The notes under the pieces are model-generated. The model searched no databases, was not told the DNA's origin, and was given only the letters and a program-made list of their open reading frames with translations. Of a stretch of DNA of 64,000 bases, positions 43,009-53,126 are shown one piece after another. The translations under genes were made by a program, and so were the position numbers. The stretch comes from Mariprofundales bacterium (GTDB taxonomy: Bacteria > Pseudomonadota > Zetaproteobacteria > Mariprofundales > J009): positions 6,427-70,426 of the forward strand of contig JAUZRF010000052.1 of the NCBI GenBank assembly GCA_030950645.1. Direction: 5' to 3'. The number at the start of each line of letters is the position of its first letter. Within the stretch, counting starts at the first letter, position 1.

Positions 43009-45539
43009 CTATGGACGAAATGAAGGCTAAGGCCATCGGCCACCGAGGCCGGTAGCTCATCCACATCCACCCGATTCATTTCCGGCAGAATCACTTCATG
43101 AAGCCCCAACCGTTTGACCGCCAATAGCTTCTCACGCACCCCACCAATCGCCAGCACCTCGCCCGTCAGGGTCAATTCGCCGGTCATCGCCATTGGCTTC
43201 GCCGCCTGATTGCAGGCCAGAGAGAGCAGTGCAGTCGCTAGCGTAATCCCAGCCGATGGGCCATCTTTGGGCACCGCCCCCTCCGGCACATGAATATGTA
43301 CCCAAGACTTATCAAAAAAACCTTTCTCCCCACCCAATGTCTTAAGATGGGACTCCACATAAGAGAACGCGATCTCTGCCGACTCCTGCATCACCTTGCC
43401 CAGCTGTCCAGTCACCTTAAGTCCACGACGATCCTGATGAATCACTGCCGCCTCCAGCGATAGCGTCACCCCGCCCATCGCAGTCCAAGCCAAGCCGGTA
43501 GCTAGGCCAATCCCGCAACGCAACGGCTCGGGCTGATAACGCGGCTGGCCAATAAAATTGGCAAGATTGCCCACCCCAATCGTCACAGGAGCCTCTAGTT
43601 TACCCATCGCCATCTGATGCACTACCTTGCGCAGCCCCTTCTTCAACAACCGCTCGAGATGACGCACCCCCGGCTCACGGGCATAAAACTCCACCATCTG
43701 ATGGATCGCAGCGGGTGTGAAACGCAGCTCTTCACGGGCCAGCCCATGCGTCTCCAACTGCCGAGGTAACAAGTGTTTGCGCGCGATCTCCTCTTTTTCC
43801 GATCCCATATAACCCGGCAAACGGATAATCTCCGCACGATCCCGTAACGCAGGAGGAATGGTATCAAGCTGGTTGGCAGTAAGCAGGAATAGCACCTGAG
43901 AAAGATCAAATCGCACATCAAGGTAGTGATCCAAAAAATCACTATTCTGCTCCGGATCAAGCGCCTCGAGCAACGCACTGGCCGGATCGCCTCGGGCATC
44001 CGCACCGATCTTGTCCACCTCATCAATCATGATCACCGGATTGCTCACCTTCACCTGCTTAAAGGCCTGAATGAACTTGCCTGGCATCGCTCCAATATAG
44101 GTACGACGATGTCCCTTGATCTCTGCCTCATCGTGCATTCCCCCCACTGAGAAACGGAAGAATGGCCGATTCACCGCATCGGCGATCGCCTTTCCGAGGC
44201 TGGTTTTCCCCACCCCCGGCGCGCCAACAAATAGCAAAATCGAGCCGCCAAGCTCCTCCTTGCGCGCACCAACGGCAATAAATTCCAGAATACGATCCTT
44301 AATATCCTCCAGTCCCGAGTGGTGACGATTAAGTGCCCTAGCCGCCCGCTTCAGGTCGTACCGATCGCGCGCACGCTTACCCCAAGGCAGCGCCACCAGC
44401 CAATCCAAATAGTTACGCGTCACCGCATGGTCCGGCATTGAGGGGTCAAGTGATTCGAGTTTGGATAGTTCCTCGTTAAACACCTCGGCTGCTTCTTCGC
44501 TGAATTTCAGACCTTTGGCTTTGGCCTTAAACTTTTTGATCAGATCATTTTGGGGGTCTCTCTCCAGACCCAGCTCCCGCTTGATCTCGCGTAACTGCTC
44601 ATTCAAAAAGAACTTACGCTGTTGCTCAGAGACGCGTTGATCAATATTCTCACGAATCTTATGCTGAACCTTGCTCACGCTAAGCTCACGGTTAAGTAGC
44701 GTCATCACCAGCTTCATGCGTTCAAATATTGGTAATGTTTCCAGAACCTTCTGCAACTCGCTGCGATCTGCCGTCGTTAAACCTGCGGCAAAGTCAGCCA
44801 ATTTCCCCGGGTCATCCACCGTAAAACGCGTGGCGAAAAGGCGCAGCTCCTCTTCATACATCGGATTGTGTTTAAGCAGATCTTTGATGGTGTTGATGAT
44901 TGCCACCGTATAGGCGCGCAATTGAATGTTGTCGCTGTAATCTGTTGCCAGATGGTAGCTGACCCGTGCACGAATGGTAGCCATCGCGTCCGATCCCTCA
45001 GCATCGGATTTTTCAGTCTCAACATCCTCAATCTCCGCATCCTTCGCCCCAATCCACTCCTGTATTCGGCAGCGCTCCAAACACTCCACCACCAAATGAA
45101 GGCCATGATCTTCGATTTCAATCGCCTTCATAATCTTAGCAACCACACCAACATCACACAGATTATCCGGCGTGAATGGCGCTTCCTCATCACGCACCAT
45201 GATTAAGCCCACCATATTATTGCCGGAGTTCGCCAAACTGCGAATTTGATCCATCAACGCATCGCTTTCATAGACCAGTGGGACAATCAAACCGGGAAAG
45301 AGCGGCCGATTAGAGAGCGGCAAGATCTGCAATTGCTCCGGAAGGATCTCACTCCTCGGGATCAAATTTACATTTTCTGTTGCTCCTTCAGCGGGCGCGT
45401 CATCCGCATCATCATCGATGGCCTCAGCGGTAGTAGCGTCATTCACGGTGGATTCATCCAGCTCAGCAAGGGTTTCCGGGTTGTCAGTCTCTTCATGGTT
45501 CATGGGTAGCTTTGTAGAGGCTGAAGCACCATTTTTCAA
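42978..45539 (-). CDS. lon: ATP-dependent Lon protease
   Basis: 853 aa. Lon N-domain (LPLSNRPLFPG), Walker A GAPGVGKTSLGKAIA, Walker B MIDEVDK and the protease site PKDGPSAGITLATAL. An acidic extension of about 60 aa precedes the N-domain. Confidence 0.93.
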   Translation of the reverse strand: MKNGASASTKLPMNHEETDNPETLAELDESTVNDATTAEAIDDDADDAPAEGATENVNLIPRSEILPEQLQILPLSNRPLFPGLIVPLVYESDALMDQIRSLANSGNNMVGLIMVRDEEAPFTPDNLCDVGVVAKIMKAIEIEDHGLHLVVECLERCRIQEWIGAKDAEIEDVETEKSDAEGSDAMATIRARVSYHLATDYSDNIQLRAYTVAIINTIKDLLKHNPMYEEELRLFATRFTVDDPGKLADFAAGLTTADRSELQKVLETLPIFERMKLVMTLLNRELSVSKVQHKIRENIDQRVSEQQRKFFLNEQLREIKRELGLERDPQNDLIKKFKAKAKGLKFSEEAAEVFNEELSKLESLDPSMPDHAVTRNYLDWLVALPWGKRARDRYDLKRAARALNRHHSGLEDIKDRILEFIAVGARKEELGGSILLFVGAPGVGKTSLGKAIADAVNRPFFRFSVGGMHDEAEIKGHRRTYIGAMPGKFIQAFKQVKVSNPVIMIDEVDKIGADARGDPASALLEALDPEQNSDFLDHYLDVRFDLSQVLFLLTANQLDTIPPALRDRAEIIRLPGYMGSEKEEIARKHLLPRQLETHGLAREELRFTPAAIHQMVEFYAREPGVRHLERLLKKGLRKVVHQMAMGKLEAPVTIGVGNLANFIGQPRYQPEPLRCGIGLATGLAWTAMGGVTLSLEAAVIHQDRRGLKVTGQLGKVMQESAEIAFSYVESHLKTLGGEKGFFDKSWVHIHVPEGAVPKDGPSAGITLATALLSLACNQAAKPMAMTGELTLTGEVLAIGGVREKLLAVKRLGLHEVILPEMNRVDVDELPASVADGLSLHFVHSYPEVAALLF

Positions 45540-45559
45540 GTTAGGATGGCGCGGTCGTG

Positions 45560-45588
45560 GTTGTATTCACCCGCCCGCAACCCCATAT
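45560..45588 (+). promoter_or_regulatory. Sigma-32-like heat-shock promoter candidate upstream of htpX
   Basis: GTTGTAT-N14-CCCCATAT. The -10 half matches the CCCCATnT consensus fully. The -35 half matches CTTGAAA only partially. Confidence 0.35.
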
Positions 45589-45634
45589 TGATCGGAAGAG
45601 ACCGACCCACTTATGTTACTCGGAGGTACCAACC

Positions 45635-46534
45635 ATGCGTTCATTCAAAGGCATTTTTCTACTCATCATCGCGAACCTGCTGATCTTTACCACACTATCG
45701 ATCAGCGGCACTATTCTCATCAACTTCGTATTGCCATCCTTCGGTATTGATCTGCGTGGATCCGTGGGTGGTATGGATTTCGCCTGGGCGATGGTGTTCG
45801 GCTTCGGAGGTGCCTTCATCTCACTGTGGATATCGAAGCCCATGATCAAACGCAGTATGCAGATGCAACAGATCACCAGCCCGACCACCGCAAAAGAGAA
45901 GGTGGTTTACAACACGGTACAACAGTTGGCACAACGCGAAGGGCTCAAGATGCCTGAGGTCTGGGTCTATTGGGATGACACTCCCAACGCTTTCGCTACC
46001 GGGCCAACCCGCAACTCAGCGATGGTCGCGGTCTCATCCGGTCTGGCATCAAACCTGAGTGACGATGAGCTACGGGCCGTCCTTGCGCATGAAATGGGTC
46101 ATGTGGTCAATGGCGACATGTTGGCCACCACCCTACTGCAAGGACTCATGAACACCTTTGTCTACTTCTTTGCCCGCATCATCTCCCGCCCCATTGAAGA
46201 GCGTAGCGCCGTTGCAGGCTTTCTGGTCTACATGCTACTACAAGTCGCCTTTTCGATCCTGGCCATGATCCCCATCAGCTGGTTTTCACGACATCGTGAG
46301 TTTGGCGCCGACGCCTACGCCGCACGCGCCTTCGGAGGAGAGCCCATGATCCGCGCACTACAGAAAATTGATTACCTTGCCAGTCATCAGATCCAAGATA
46401 AATCAGCGATGGCTGAGGACACCTTAGCAACGATGAAAATCTACAACACCGCCACCATCGCCCACCTCTTTGCCACCCACCCTCCCATTGAGGCGCGCAT
46501 TGCCGCCATTCGCCGCGTGGCACACAACAGCTAG
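45635..46534 (+). CDS. htpX: Zinc metalloprotease HtpX
   Basis: N-terminal TM helices, PNAFATG, and the HEMGHVVNGD (HExxH) motif. ATG 45635 is preceded by GGAGG. The track start at 45557 adds an unlikely 26 aa. Confidence 0.88.
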   Translation: MRSFKGIFLLIIANLLIFTTLSISGTILINFVLPSFGIDLRGSVGGMDFAWAMVFGFGGAFISLWISKPMIKRSMQMQQITSPTTAKEKVVYNTVQQLAQREGLKMPEVWVYWDDTPNAFATGPTRNSAMVAVSSGLASNLSDDELRAVLAHEMGHVVNGDMLATTLLQGLMNTFVYFFARIISRPIEERSAVAGFLVYMLLQVAFSILAMIPISWFSRHREFGADAYAARAFGGEPMIRALQKIDYLASHQIQDKSAMAEDTLATMKIYNTATIAHLFATHPPIEARIAAIRRVAHNS

Positions 46535-46538
46535 TGCG

Positions 46539-47345
46539 CTACAACACGACCTGCCATAACATACTCAAGGATAAAACAAGAAGCAGTAGCGCAAAGGCGC
46601 GCCGTAGCTGCGTTGCCGGTAGACGGTGTGACCAATGTGCGCCGAAGGGTGCCGTAGCGACACTGCCCAACGCAATCGCGGCTACACCGGGTAGATAGAT
46701 GGTGCCGACCACGAGCAACGAGGTGTCTGGTGAGGTGCCTCCCGCCAGATACCCCAAGCTTCCCACCATCGCGATCAGCACCCCCACCGCAGCAGAGGTG
46801 CCAATCGCATCCTTAAGCGGCACCTGACATCGAAGCAAAAAAGGAACCGTCATCGCGCCACCGCCAATAGAAACCAATGCGGACACGAGGCCTATCCCAG
46901 TGCCAACACCATGCAATAAAACTGGGGTCGGCGTGATTACGGCCGATTCGGAACTGGCCGGAATCCACATCTTCCATGCTAGCAGTGCAATAAATCCAAC
47001 AAAAAAGAGTGCCAACGCTGTGCTACCCAAATGCGGCACCAGCACCGTTCCCAACCATGTACCAATCACCACACCTAGCGCCATTCGCCGCCATAACGAC
47101 CATCGCACATCGCCCAGTCGGTGGTGCGACCACGCGCTAGCCACCGCTGTAAAGACAATCGATGCCATAGCTGTACCTAAAGCAAGCGGGAAAACAACCT
47201 CATCAGGCAGCCCTCGTGCGCCAAAGAGCAATACCAGAGATGGCACCAACACCGTGCCACCACCAATGCCAAACAGACCCGCTAGTACCCCAACCACCGC
47301 ACCCAACAGCAACAGAAGCAGCCACCACTCCATGCCCATCATCAT
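46539..47345 (-). CDS. TauE/SafE-family sulfite/anion exporter
   Basis: Polytopic membrane protein with the duplicated GIGGG-type motif (LFGIGGGTVLVP and VSIGGGAMTVPFLL). The start is ambiguous among clustered Met codons (47345-47333). The track start at 47366 runs into the rpsI terminator. Confidence 0.78.
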   Translation of the reverse strand: MMMGMEWWLLLLLLGAVVGVLAGLFGIGGGTVLVPSLVLLFGARGLPDEVVFPLALGTAMASIVFTAVASAWSHHRLGDVRWSLWRRMALGVVIGTWLGTVLVPHLGSTALALFFVGFIALLAWKMWIPASSESAVITPTPVLLHGVGTGIGLVSALVSIGGGAMTVPFLLRCQVPLKDAIGTSAAVGVLIAMVGSLGYLAGGTSPDTSLLVVGTIYLPGVAAIALGSVATAPFGAHWSHRLPATQLRRAFALLLLVLSLSMLWQVVL

Positions 47346-47363
47346 ACAATCTTGGCCTTCAAC

Positions 47364-47400
47364 CAAAAAGGCCTCCCGATTTGCACCGAGAGGCCTTTTG
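47364..47400 (-). terminator. Rho-independent terminator after rpsI
   Basis: The minus strand reads AAAAGGCCTC-tcggtgcaaatcgg-GAGGCCTTTTTGG. It has a GC-rich stem of about 10 bp followed by a T-run, about 20 nt after the rpsI stop. Confidence 0.7.
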
Positions 47401-47420
47401 AAATAAGGAAAAGCTGAGAA

Positions 47421-47816
47421 TCAGCGCTTAGAGAACTGTGGAGCCTTACGCGCCTTCTTCAGACCATACTTCTTGCGTTCCACGACACGGGAGTCACGGG
47501 TAAGAAAGCCACGCTTCTTCAATGCTGGGCGTAGACCTGAATCGTAACTCAGCAACGCGCGAGAAATACCTAAGCGAATCGCACCCGCTTGACCGCTTAC
47601 GCCACCACCGTGCACATTCACCTTGATATCAACGCTACCCGAAACCTGCGCTTCACCCAACGGCTTAAGCGCCTCTTGACGGACGATTTCAATCGGAAAA
47701 TAATCCTCAATCGTGCGGCCATTCACCGTTACCACGCCATTCCCAGGAAGCAGTATCACGCGTGCGGTGCTGGCTTTGCGGCGTCCAGTGCCACGATGCA
47801 TGTTGTCGTCAGACAT
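47421..47816 (-). CDS. rpsI: 30S ribosomal protein S9
   Basis: 131 aa, ending in the invariant ...[24 protein letters not shown] is near the N-terminus. Confidence 0.96.
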   Translation of the reverse strand: MSDDNMHRGTGRRKASTARVILLPGNGVVTVNGRTIEDYFPIEIVRQEALKPLGEAQVSGSVDIKVNVHGGGVSGQAGAIRLGISRALLSYDSGLRPALKKRGFLTRDSRVVERKKYGLKKARKAPQFSKR

Positions 47817-47856
47817 ATTTTTTCTCTCGCCTCTTCTTAATTTTTTATAAATACAT

Positions 47857-47979
47857 GTAACTGCTCAGATTGCTTCTGATTTTTTCTCGATAGCAAGGGG
47901 AAAAAGCGGAGTTTACTACTGTAAATGTGCATTTTTCAATATAGCTATCGGAAAAACCGAGAGTGAGCTGAGTAGTTAC
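47857..47979 (-). mobile_element. MITE-like palindromic element, short form (copy F) inside the rplM-rpsI intergenic spacer
   Basis: GTAACTGCTCAG...CTGAGTAGTTAC is collinear with copy C. The flanks aaatacat and agatgatt are not identical. The element ends 6 nt from the rplM stop codon. Confidence 0.85.
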
Positions 47980-47985
47980 AGATGA

Positions 47986-48414
47986 TTATAGCTTCAGTGC
48001 TACCGGCTTCTGCGCGGCATGAGGATGATCCTCACCCACATAAACCTTGAGTTTTTTCAACATATCACGACCCAACGGGTTTTTGGGCATCATCCCCTTC
48101 ACCGCTCCAGCGATAATTCGCTCGGGGTGGCGTTCACGCTGATCGGCCAAAGAGATGGTTTTCAAGCCACCTGGGTGACCGGTATGATGATGATAGAGTT
48201 TATCGGTTTCCTTGCGGCCGGTGACCCGAATCTTTTCTGCATTGATCACCACGACATTGTCGCCACAATCTATATGTGGGGTATACGCTGGGCGGTGTTT
48301 GCCTTTTAAAATCGATGCGATCTTCGAGGCCAAACGACCCAACACCATATCACGGGCATCAACCACAAACCACTCTTTTTCCGCATCACCCGGACGGGGC
48401 ATCCATGTGCTCAT
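47986..48414 (-). CDS. rplM: 50S ribosomal protein L13
   Basis: 142 aa. [29 protein letters not shown] and [12 protein letters not shown] are typical of L13. Confidence 0.96.
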   Translation of the reverse strand: MSTWMPRPGDAEKEWFVVDARDMVLGRLASKIASILKGKHRPAYTPHIDCGDNVVVINAEKIRVTGRKETDKLYHHHTGHPGGLKTISLADQRERHPERIIAGAVKGMMPKNPLGRDMLKKLKVYVGEDHPHAAQKPVALKL

Positions 48415-48740
48415 AATTTTAAATTGTCACCTCATATTAGAAAATCATATTAGCTCCAGCCTATATGTAAGTAACGCAGCAGAGCCAATACCTGAGACCA
48501 AACAGATCATCCATCAAGTCTCAAACGGGCGGCGCATGTTAGGGTAGCATATCTACCTGTCAACGCTCAAGTGGCAACAGTCCTGAAAATATGGTCGCAC
48601 CTTTTTTCAACTATTGACAACACCCCATCAAGACGAAAAAGTCTCGCCCCAACTTGGAGTGCCCTCATCAAGGTTTACACATAGATGTGCACCCAGTTTC
48701 TACATCAAATAATATAGAGCGGAGGGGCGGTTCTGACACT

Positions 48741-49106
48741 GTGGGATATCTAGCCAACGAATACGCGCCAATCTTTATATTTATTGTGATAGCACTAGCT
48801 ATGGGTGCAATGCCGTTGATGTTAAGCCTGCTCCTAGCCGAGCAGAAACCCGATGCGGAAAAGCTCTCCGCCTATGAGTGCGGCTTTGAACCCTTTGAAG
48901 ATGCACGCATCCACTTCGATGTTCGCTTCTACTTGGTCGCCATACTGTTTGTGCTATTCGATCTGGAAAGTGCATTCATGTTCCCTTGGGCAATCGTATT
49001 AAACAAAATCGGTATATTTGGTCTGATTGAGATGCTGATGTTTTTACTCATCCTCGTGGTCGGCTTGGTCTACGCTTGGAAAAAAGGGGCGCTGCAATGG
49101 GAATAG
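48741..49106 (+). CDS. nuoA: NADH-quinone oxidoreductase subunit A
   Basis: 3-TM protein of about 121 aa with YECGFEPF. The GTG at 48741 is preceded by GGAGGGG. The track ATG at 48654 adds a non-hydrophobic 29-aa leader. Confidence 0.85.
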   Translation: MGYLANEYAPIFIFIVIALAMGAMPLMLSLLLAEQKPDAEKLSAYECGFEPFEDARIHFDVRFYLVAILFVLFDLESAFMFPWAIVLNKIGIFGLIEMLMFLLILVVGLVYAWKKGALQWE

Positions 49107-49573
49107 AGGGGCTGCTTGAGCAGGGCTTTGTCACCACCACTGCGGACAAGGTGATCAATTGGGCGCGCACTGGCTCGTTGTGGCCAATGACCTTCGGGCT
49201 CGCTTGCTGTGCGGTAGAGATGATGCATGCTGGCGCAGCGCGTTATGATCTCGACCGTTTTGGCATCGTGTTTCGCCCCAGTCCGCGCCAGTCGGATGTG
49301 ATGGTCGTAGCAGGCACCCTAATCAATAAAATGGCGCCGGCGCTACGCAAGGTCTATGACCAAATGAGCGAGCCAAGATGGGTGATTTCAATGGGCTCCT
49401 GTGCCAATGGCGGTGGCTATTACCACTACTCATACTCGGTGGTGCGCGGCTGCGACCGCATTGTGCCCGTCGATATCTATGTCCCTGGATGCCCGCCAAC
49501 CGCAGAGGCTCTGCTTTATGGCTTTATTCAGCTGCAAGAAAAAATTAAACGCACCAACACGATCGCCAGATGA
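49097..49573 (+). CDS. nuoB: NADH-quinone oxidoreductase subunit B
   Basis: [25 protein letters not shown] and PGCPP cysteine motifs (cluster N2). Confidence 0.93.
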   Translation: MGIEGLLEQGFVTTTADKVINWARTGSLWPMTFGLACCAVEMMHAGAARYDLDRFGIVFRPSPRQSDVMVVAGTLINKMAPALRKVYDQMSEPRWVISMGSCANGGGYYHYSYSVVRGCDRIVPVDIYVPGCPPTAEALLYGFIQLQEKIKRTNTIAR

Positions 49574-50160
49574 ACCCCACCAGCCCCTATTCGTCGGGAG
49601 ATCTCGCTGCGCTACAGGAAAAGTTTGGCAGCCAAATCCTATCAACCACCGAAGGCATCGATTGCTCCGAGGTCTGCATTGCGCGCGAATCCATTGCCGA
49701 GGCCAGTCACTTCCTGCGTGGCCAGCTGGCCTATGATCAGCTGATTGACCTCTGCGGCATGGATCTGTCTGAATATCCCAACCACGCAGACGATGCGCCA
49801 CGCTTTGAGGTAGTCTATCACCTACTGTCAGTGGCAGATAACAAACGCATTCGCATCAAAGTGGGCGTGAACGCGCGCGAATTGGTTGATTCCGTGACCG
49901 AGGTGTGGCCTGTCGCCAACTGGTATGAGCGCGAGGCCTTCGATATGTACGGCATCATCTTCAACCACCACCCGGATCTGCGCCGTCTGCTCACCGATTA
50001 TGGCTTCGAAGGGCATCCGTTGCGAAAAGACTTCCCTGTCACCGGCCGAGTCGAGATGTTCTTCGACGAGAGCCAATGGCGCTGCGTCTATCGCCCCAAC
50101 AGCCTTGAAAATCGCGTTTTGGTTCCCAAGACATGGCCAGAGGAGCAATCCAATGGCTGA
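49570..50160 (+). CDS. nuoC: NADH-quinone oxidoreductase subunit C
   Basis: [26 protein letters not shown] is the 30-kDa subunit signature. It forms an ATGA overlap with nuoB. Confidence 0.92.
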   Translation: MNPTSPYSSGDLAALQEKFGSQILSTTEGIDCSEVCIARESIAEASHFLRGQLAYDQLIDLCGMDLSEYPNHADDAPRFEVVYHLLSVADNKRIRIKVGVNARELVDSVTEVWPVANWYEREAFDMYGIIFNHHPDLRRLLTDYGFEGHPLRKDFPVTGRVEMFFDESQWRCVYRPNSLENRVLVPKTWPEEQSNG

Positions 50161-51328
50161 GATCAAAAACTACACCCTCAACTTCGGCCCCCAGCATCCA
50201 TCTGCCCATGGCGTGCTGCGCCTAGTACTGGAATTGGATGGCGAGGTGGTTGAACGCGCAGAACCCCACATCGGCCTGCTCCATCGCGGTACCGAAAAGC
50301 TGTTCGAACAGAAAACCTACCTGCAAAACCTCCCCTATTTTGACCGCTTCGACTATGTGTCGATGATGTGCAATGAGCATCCATACGCGCTAGCAATTGA
50401 AAAGCTGCTCGGCATCGAGCCTCCCAAGCGCGCGCAGTATATTCGGGTAATGTTTGCAGAACTAACTCGCATCCTCAACCACTGCTTGTGGTTAGGCGCC
50501 CATGCCCTCGATATCGGTGCTATGACAGTATTCCTTTACTGTTTTCGTGAACGCGAGGACATCATGGATTACTACGAAGAGGTGAGCGGCGCTCGGATGC
50601 ACGCCTCCTACTTCCGTCCTGGCGGTGTGGCCCAGGATCTACCCAATGGCCTACTAGAGAAAATCTGGGGCTTTACTGAGCGCTTCCCCGGTTATGTCGA
50701 TGAGTATGAAACGCTGCTAACCGAGAACCGCATCTGGAAACAGCGTACCGTAGATATCGGCGTAGTAGATCGCGATGCCGCGCTAGCTTGGGGCTTTAGC
50801 GGCCCAATGCTTCGTGGATCCGGTATTGCATGGGATTTGAGGAAAACCCAACCTTATGAAGTGTATAGTGAGCTCAACTTTGAGATCCCCGTCGGAGCTA
50901 CCGGAGACTCTTATGACCGCTACCTAGTTCGGGTGGAGGAGATGCGGCAATCCAACGAGATTATCCGCCAATGCATCCTGTGGCTGAAAAAGCATGATGG
51001 CCCCATCAAAATCGATAACTACAAACTGACCAATCCTCCACGCGCAATGATTGACGAGGATATGGAAGCACTTATTCACCACTTCAAGTTCTTCTCCGAG
51101 GGATACCCCGTGAAAGGTGAAGTCTATATGCCAACCGAGCATCCGAAAGGTGAACTTGGGGTCTATATCAAGGCGGACGGCTCCAATAAGCCCTACCGCA
51201 TGAAGGTGCGCGCGCCGGGCTTTGCCCATCTGCATGCACTCGACTACATGTGTCGTGGCCACATGATCGCCGATGTAGTCACCATTCTCGGCACCCAGGA
51301 TATTGTGTTTGGGGAGGTGGATCGATGA
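50153..51328 (+). CDS. nuoD: NADH-quinone oxidoreductase subunit D
   Basis: [23 protein letters not shown] at the N-terminus and DIVFGEVDR at the C-terminus. ATG 50153 gives a protein of typical length. Confidence 0.94.
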   Translation: MAEIKNYTLNFGPQHPSAHGVLRLVLELDGEVVERAEPHIGLLHRGTEKLFEQKTYLQNLPYFDRFDYVSMMCNEHPYALAIEKLLGIEPPKRAQYIRVMFAELTRILNHCLWLGAHALDIGAMTVFLYCFREREDIMDYYEEVSGARMHASYFRPGGVAQDLPNGLLEKIWGFTERFPGYVDEYETLLTENRIWKQRTVDIGVVDRDAALAWGFSGPMLRGSGIAWDLRKTQPYEVYSELNFEIPVGATGDSYDRYLVRVEEMRQSNEIIRQCILWLKKHDGPIKIDNYKLTNPPRAMIDEDMEALIHHFKFFSEGYPVKGEVYMPTEHPKGELGVYIKADGSNKPYRMKVRAPGFAHLHALDYMCRGHMIADVVTILGTQDIVFGEVDR

Positions 51329-51852
51329 GTGATGCATTGACCTTCAGCTCCGAGCAACTGGCAACCATTCAAGCGCTGATCAAGCGTTACCCCACCCCCC
51401 GCTCCGCACTGCTCCCTACCCTCCACTTGGCGCAAGCGACCTTTGGCCATCTATCAATGGAGGCACAACAACTGGTAGCCGACACCCTTGGCATCCGGCT
51501 GATGGCGGTGCGCGAAGTCGTCACCTTTTACACCATGTTCCGCGAACAACCTTGCGGAACATTCCGTCTTGAGGTCTGCACCAATATTGGTTGCTGCTTG
51601 AATGGCGCCAATGAGCTGGTACACCACCTATGTGACTACTTGGGAATCAAAGTAGGGGAGACCACTGATGACGGCCTATTTACCGTCACTGAAGTGGAGT
51701 GCGCTGGCGCCTGTGGTGGTGCGCCTGTGGTACAAATTAACAATCTCTACCACGAGAATGTCACCTGCGAGCAAATCGAAACCATGGTGGAGAGCATGCG
51801 CCAAGAAGCCACCCCAGAACCAAGCCAACATTCAGAGGAGACCACCGCGTGA
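51325..51852 (+). CDS. nuoE: NADH-quinone oxidoreductase subunit E
   Basis: 24-kDa 2Fe-2S motifs [11 protein letters not shown] and [15 protein letters not shown]. It forms an ATGA overlap with nuoD. Confidence 0.92.
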   Translation: MSDALTFSSEQLATIQALIKRYPTPRSALLPTLHLAQATFGHLSMEAQQLVADTLGIRLMAVREVVTFYTMFREQPCGTFRLEVCTNIGCCLNGANELVHHLCDYLGIKVGETTDDGLFTVTEVECAGACGGAPVVQINNLYHENVTCEQIETMVESMRQEATPEPSQHSEETTA

Positions 51853-53126
51853 TCTCGTCCGACCCATCCAAGGTTACCACCCACTGCTTCGACCGCATCC
51901 ACATCCATCATCAGCGGCAACTTAAGGTAGCGCGCGCCAATGGCGCCTATCAGTTTCTTCCCCATGTGCTCAATGAGTTGGACACCGACACCATCATCAC
52001 CGAAATCAAAACCTCCGGCATCCGCGGCCGTGGCGGCGCTGGTTTTCCGACCGGACTAAAATGGTCATTTGTTCCACGCAACACCGGCAAGCCTACCTAC
52101 CTGCTATGCAATGCTGACGAGGGCGAACCCGGCACATTCAAAGATCGCGATATCATGCGTTTCGACCCCCATCTGCTGATTGAAGGGATGATCATGGCCG
52201 GATTCGCGCTGAATGTTCATGATGCCTACATCTATATCCGCGGCGAGTTTGTGCACGAAGCGATGGTGCTAAACCAAGCCATCGCTGAAGCCTACGCTGC
52301 CAACCTGCTGGGAGAGAGCATCCTTGGCACCAGCTTCAGCATGAACCTCACGGTTCATCGCGGCGCCGGAGCCTATATCTGTGGCGAAGAGACCGCGCTC
52401 ATCGAGTCGCTGGAGGGGCGGCCTGGTCGTCCTCGCTTTAAGCCGCCGTTTCCTGCGGTAGAAGGCTTTTACCAATGCCCAACCGTGGTCAACAATGTCG
52501 AAACGCTCGCCAGTATTCCTGCCATTCTACGCCTAGGTGGTGCTTGGCATGCCGCGATTGGCACACCCAACAACACCGGCATGAAAATATTTTCCGTCTC
52601 CGGCCATGTGAACCGGCCCGGTAATTATGAGGTGCCGCTAGGTACTCCGCTCAAAACCCTGATTGAGCATCACTGTGGCGGGCTCAAACATGGCACCATC
52701 CCCAAAGCAATCATTCCTGGAGGGTCATCCTCCATGTGGTTAATGGCCGACCATTATGAGGTTCCTCTTACCTTTGATGACATCATGAAGGCCGGATCAA
52801 TGCTCGGTTCAGGAGCAATCATCGTGATGGATGAAACCGCCAATGTGGTGCAGGTTGCTACCCGATTGGCACACTTCTACGCCCACGAATCCTGTGGCCA
52901 GTGCACCCCGTGCCGCGAAGGTACCGGTTGGTTGGCGCGCGTGCTGCAACGCATCGAACACGGTCAAGGCACTGAGGATGATCTCCCCGTTTTGGAGCAG
53001 GCCTCTGTTCACATGGCGGGTCGCACCATCTGTGCATTGGCTGATGGTGCCGTAGCCCCTGTGCTCTCGCTCATTCGCAATTTTCCCGATGAGGTGCGCA
53101 GCCGTATGATGGAGAAAGCCGCATGA
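51849..53126 (+). CDS. nuoF: NADH-quinone oxidoreductase subunit F
   Basis: GRGGAGFPTGLKW, CNADEGEPGTFKDR and ESCGQCTPCREG motifs. Confidence 0.95.
   Translation: MISSDPSKVTTHCFDRIHIHHQRQLKVARANGAYQFLPHVLNELDTDTIITEIKTSGIRGRGGAGFPTGLKWSFVPRNTGKPTYLLCNADEGEPGTFKDRDIMRFDPHLLIEGMIMAGFALNVHDAYIYIRGEFVHEAMVLNQAIAEAYAANLLGESILGTSFSMNLTVHRGAGAYICGEETALIESLEGRPGRPRFKPPFPAVEGFYQCPTVVNNVETLASIPAILRLGGAWHAAIGTPNNTGMKIFSVSGHVNRPGNYEVPLGTPLKTLIEHHCGGLKHGTIPKAIIPGGSSSMWLMADHYEVPLTFDDIMKAGSMLGSGAIIVMDETANVVQVATRLAHFYAHESCGQCTPCREGTGWLARVLQRIEHGQGTEDDLPVLEQASVHMAGRTICALADGAVAPVLSLIRNFPDEVRSRMMEKAA

Noticed and set aside
7922-47979. The possibility that the repeated 12-mers and about 120-bp units are a CRISPR array or an integron attC series
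   Set aside because: The copies are dispersed singly over 40 kb in both orientations rather than arrayed with spacers. No cas or intI genes are present. The units are self-complementary with target-site duplications, which fits a MITE instead.
48614-48619. TTGACA hexamer in the long rplM / nuoA divergent region, considered as a nuo promoter
   Set aside because: I found no acceptable -10 hexamer at 16-18 nt spacing. The nuoA promoter is left uncalled.
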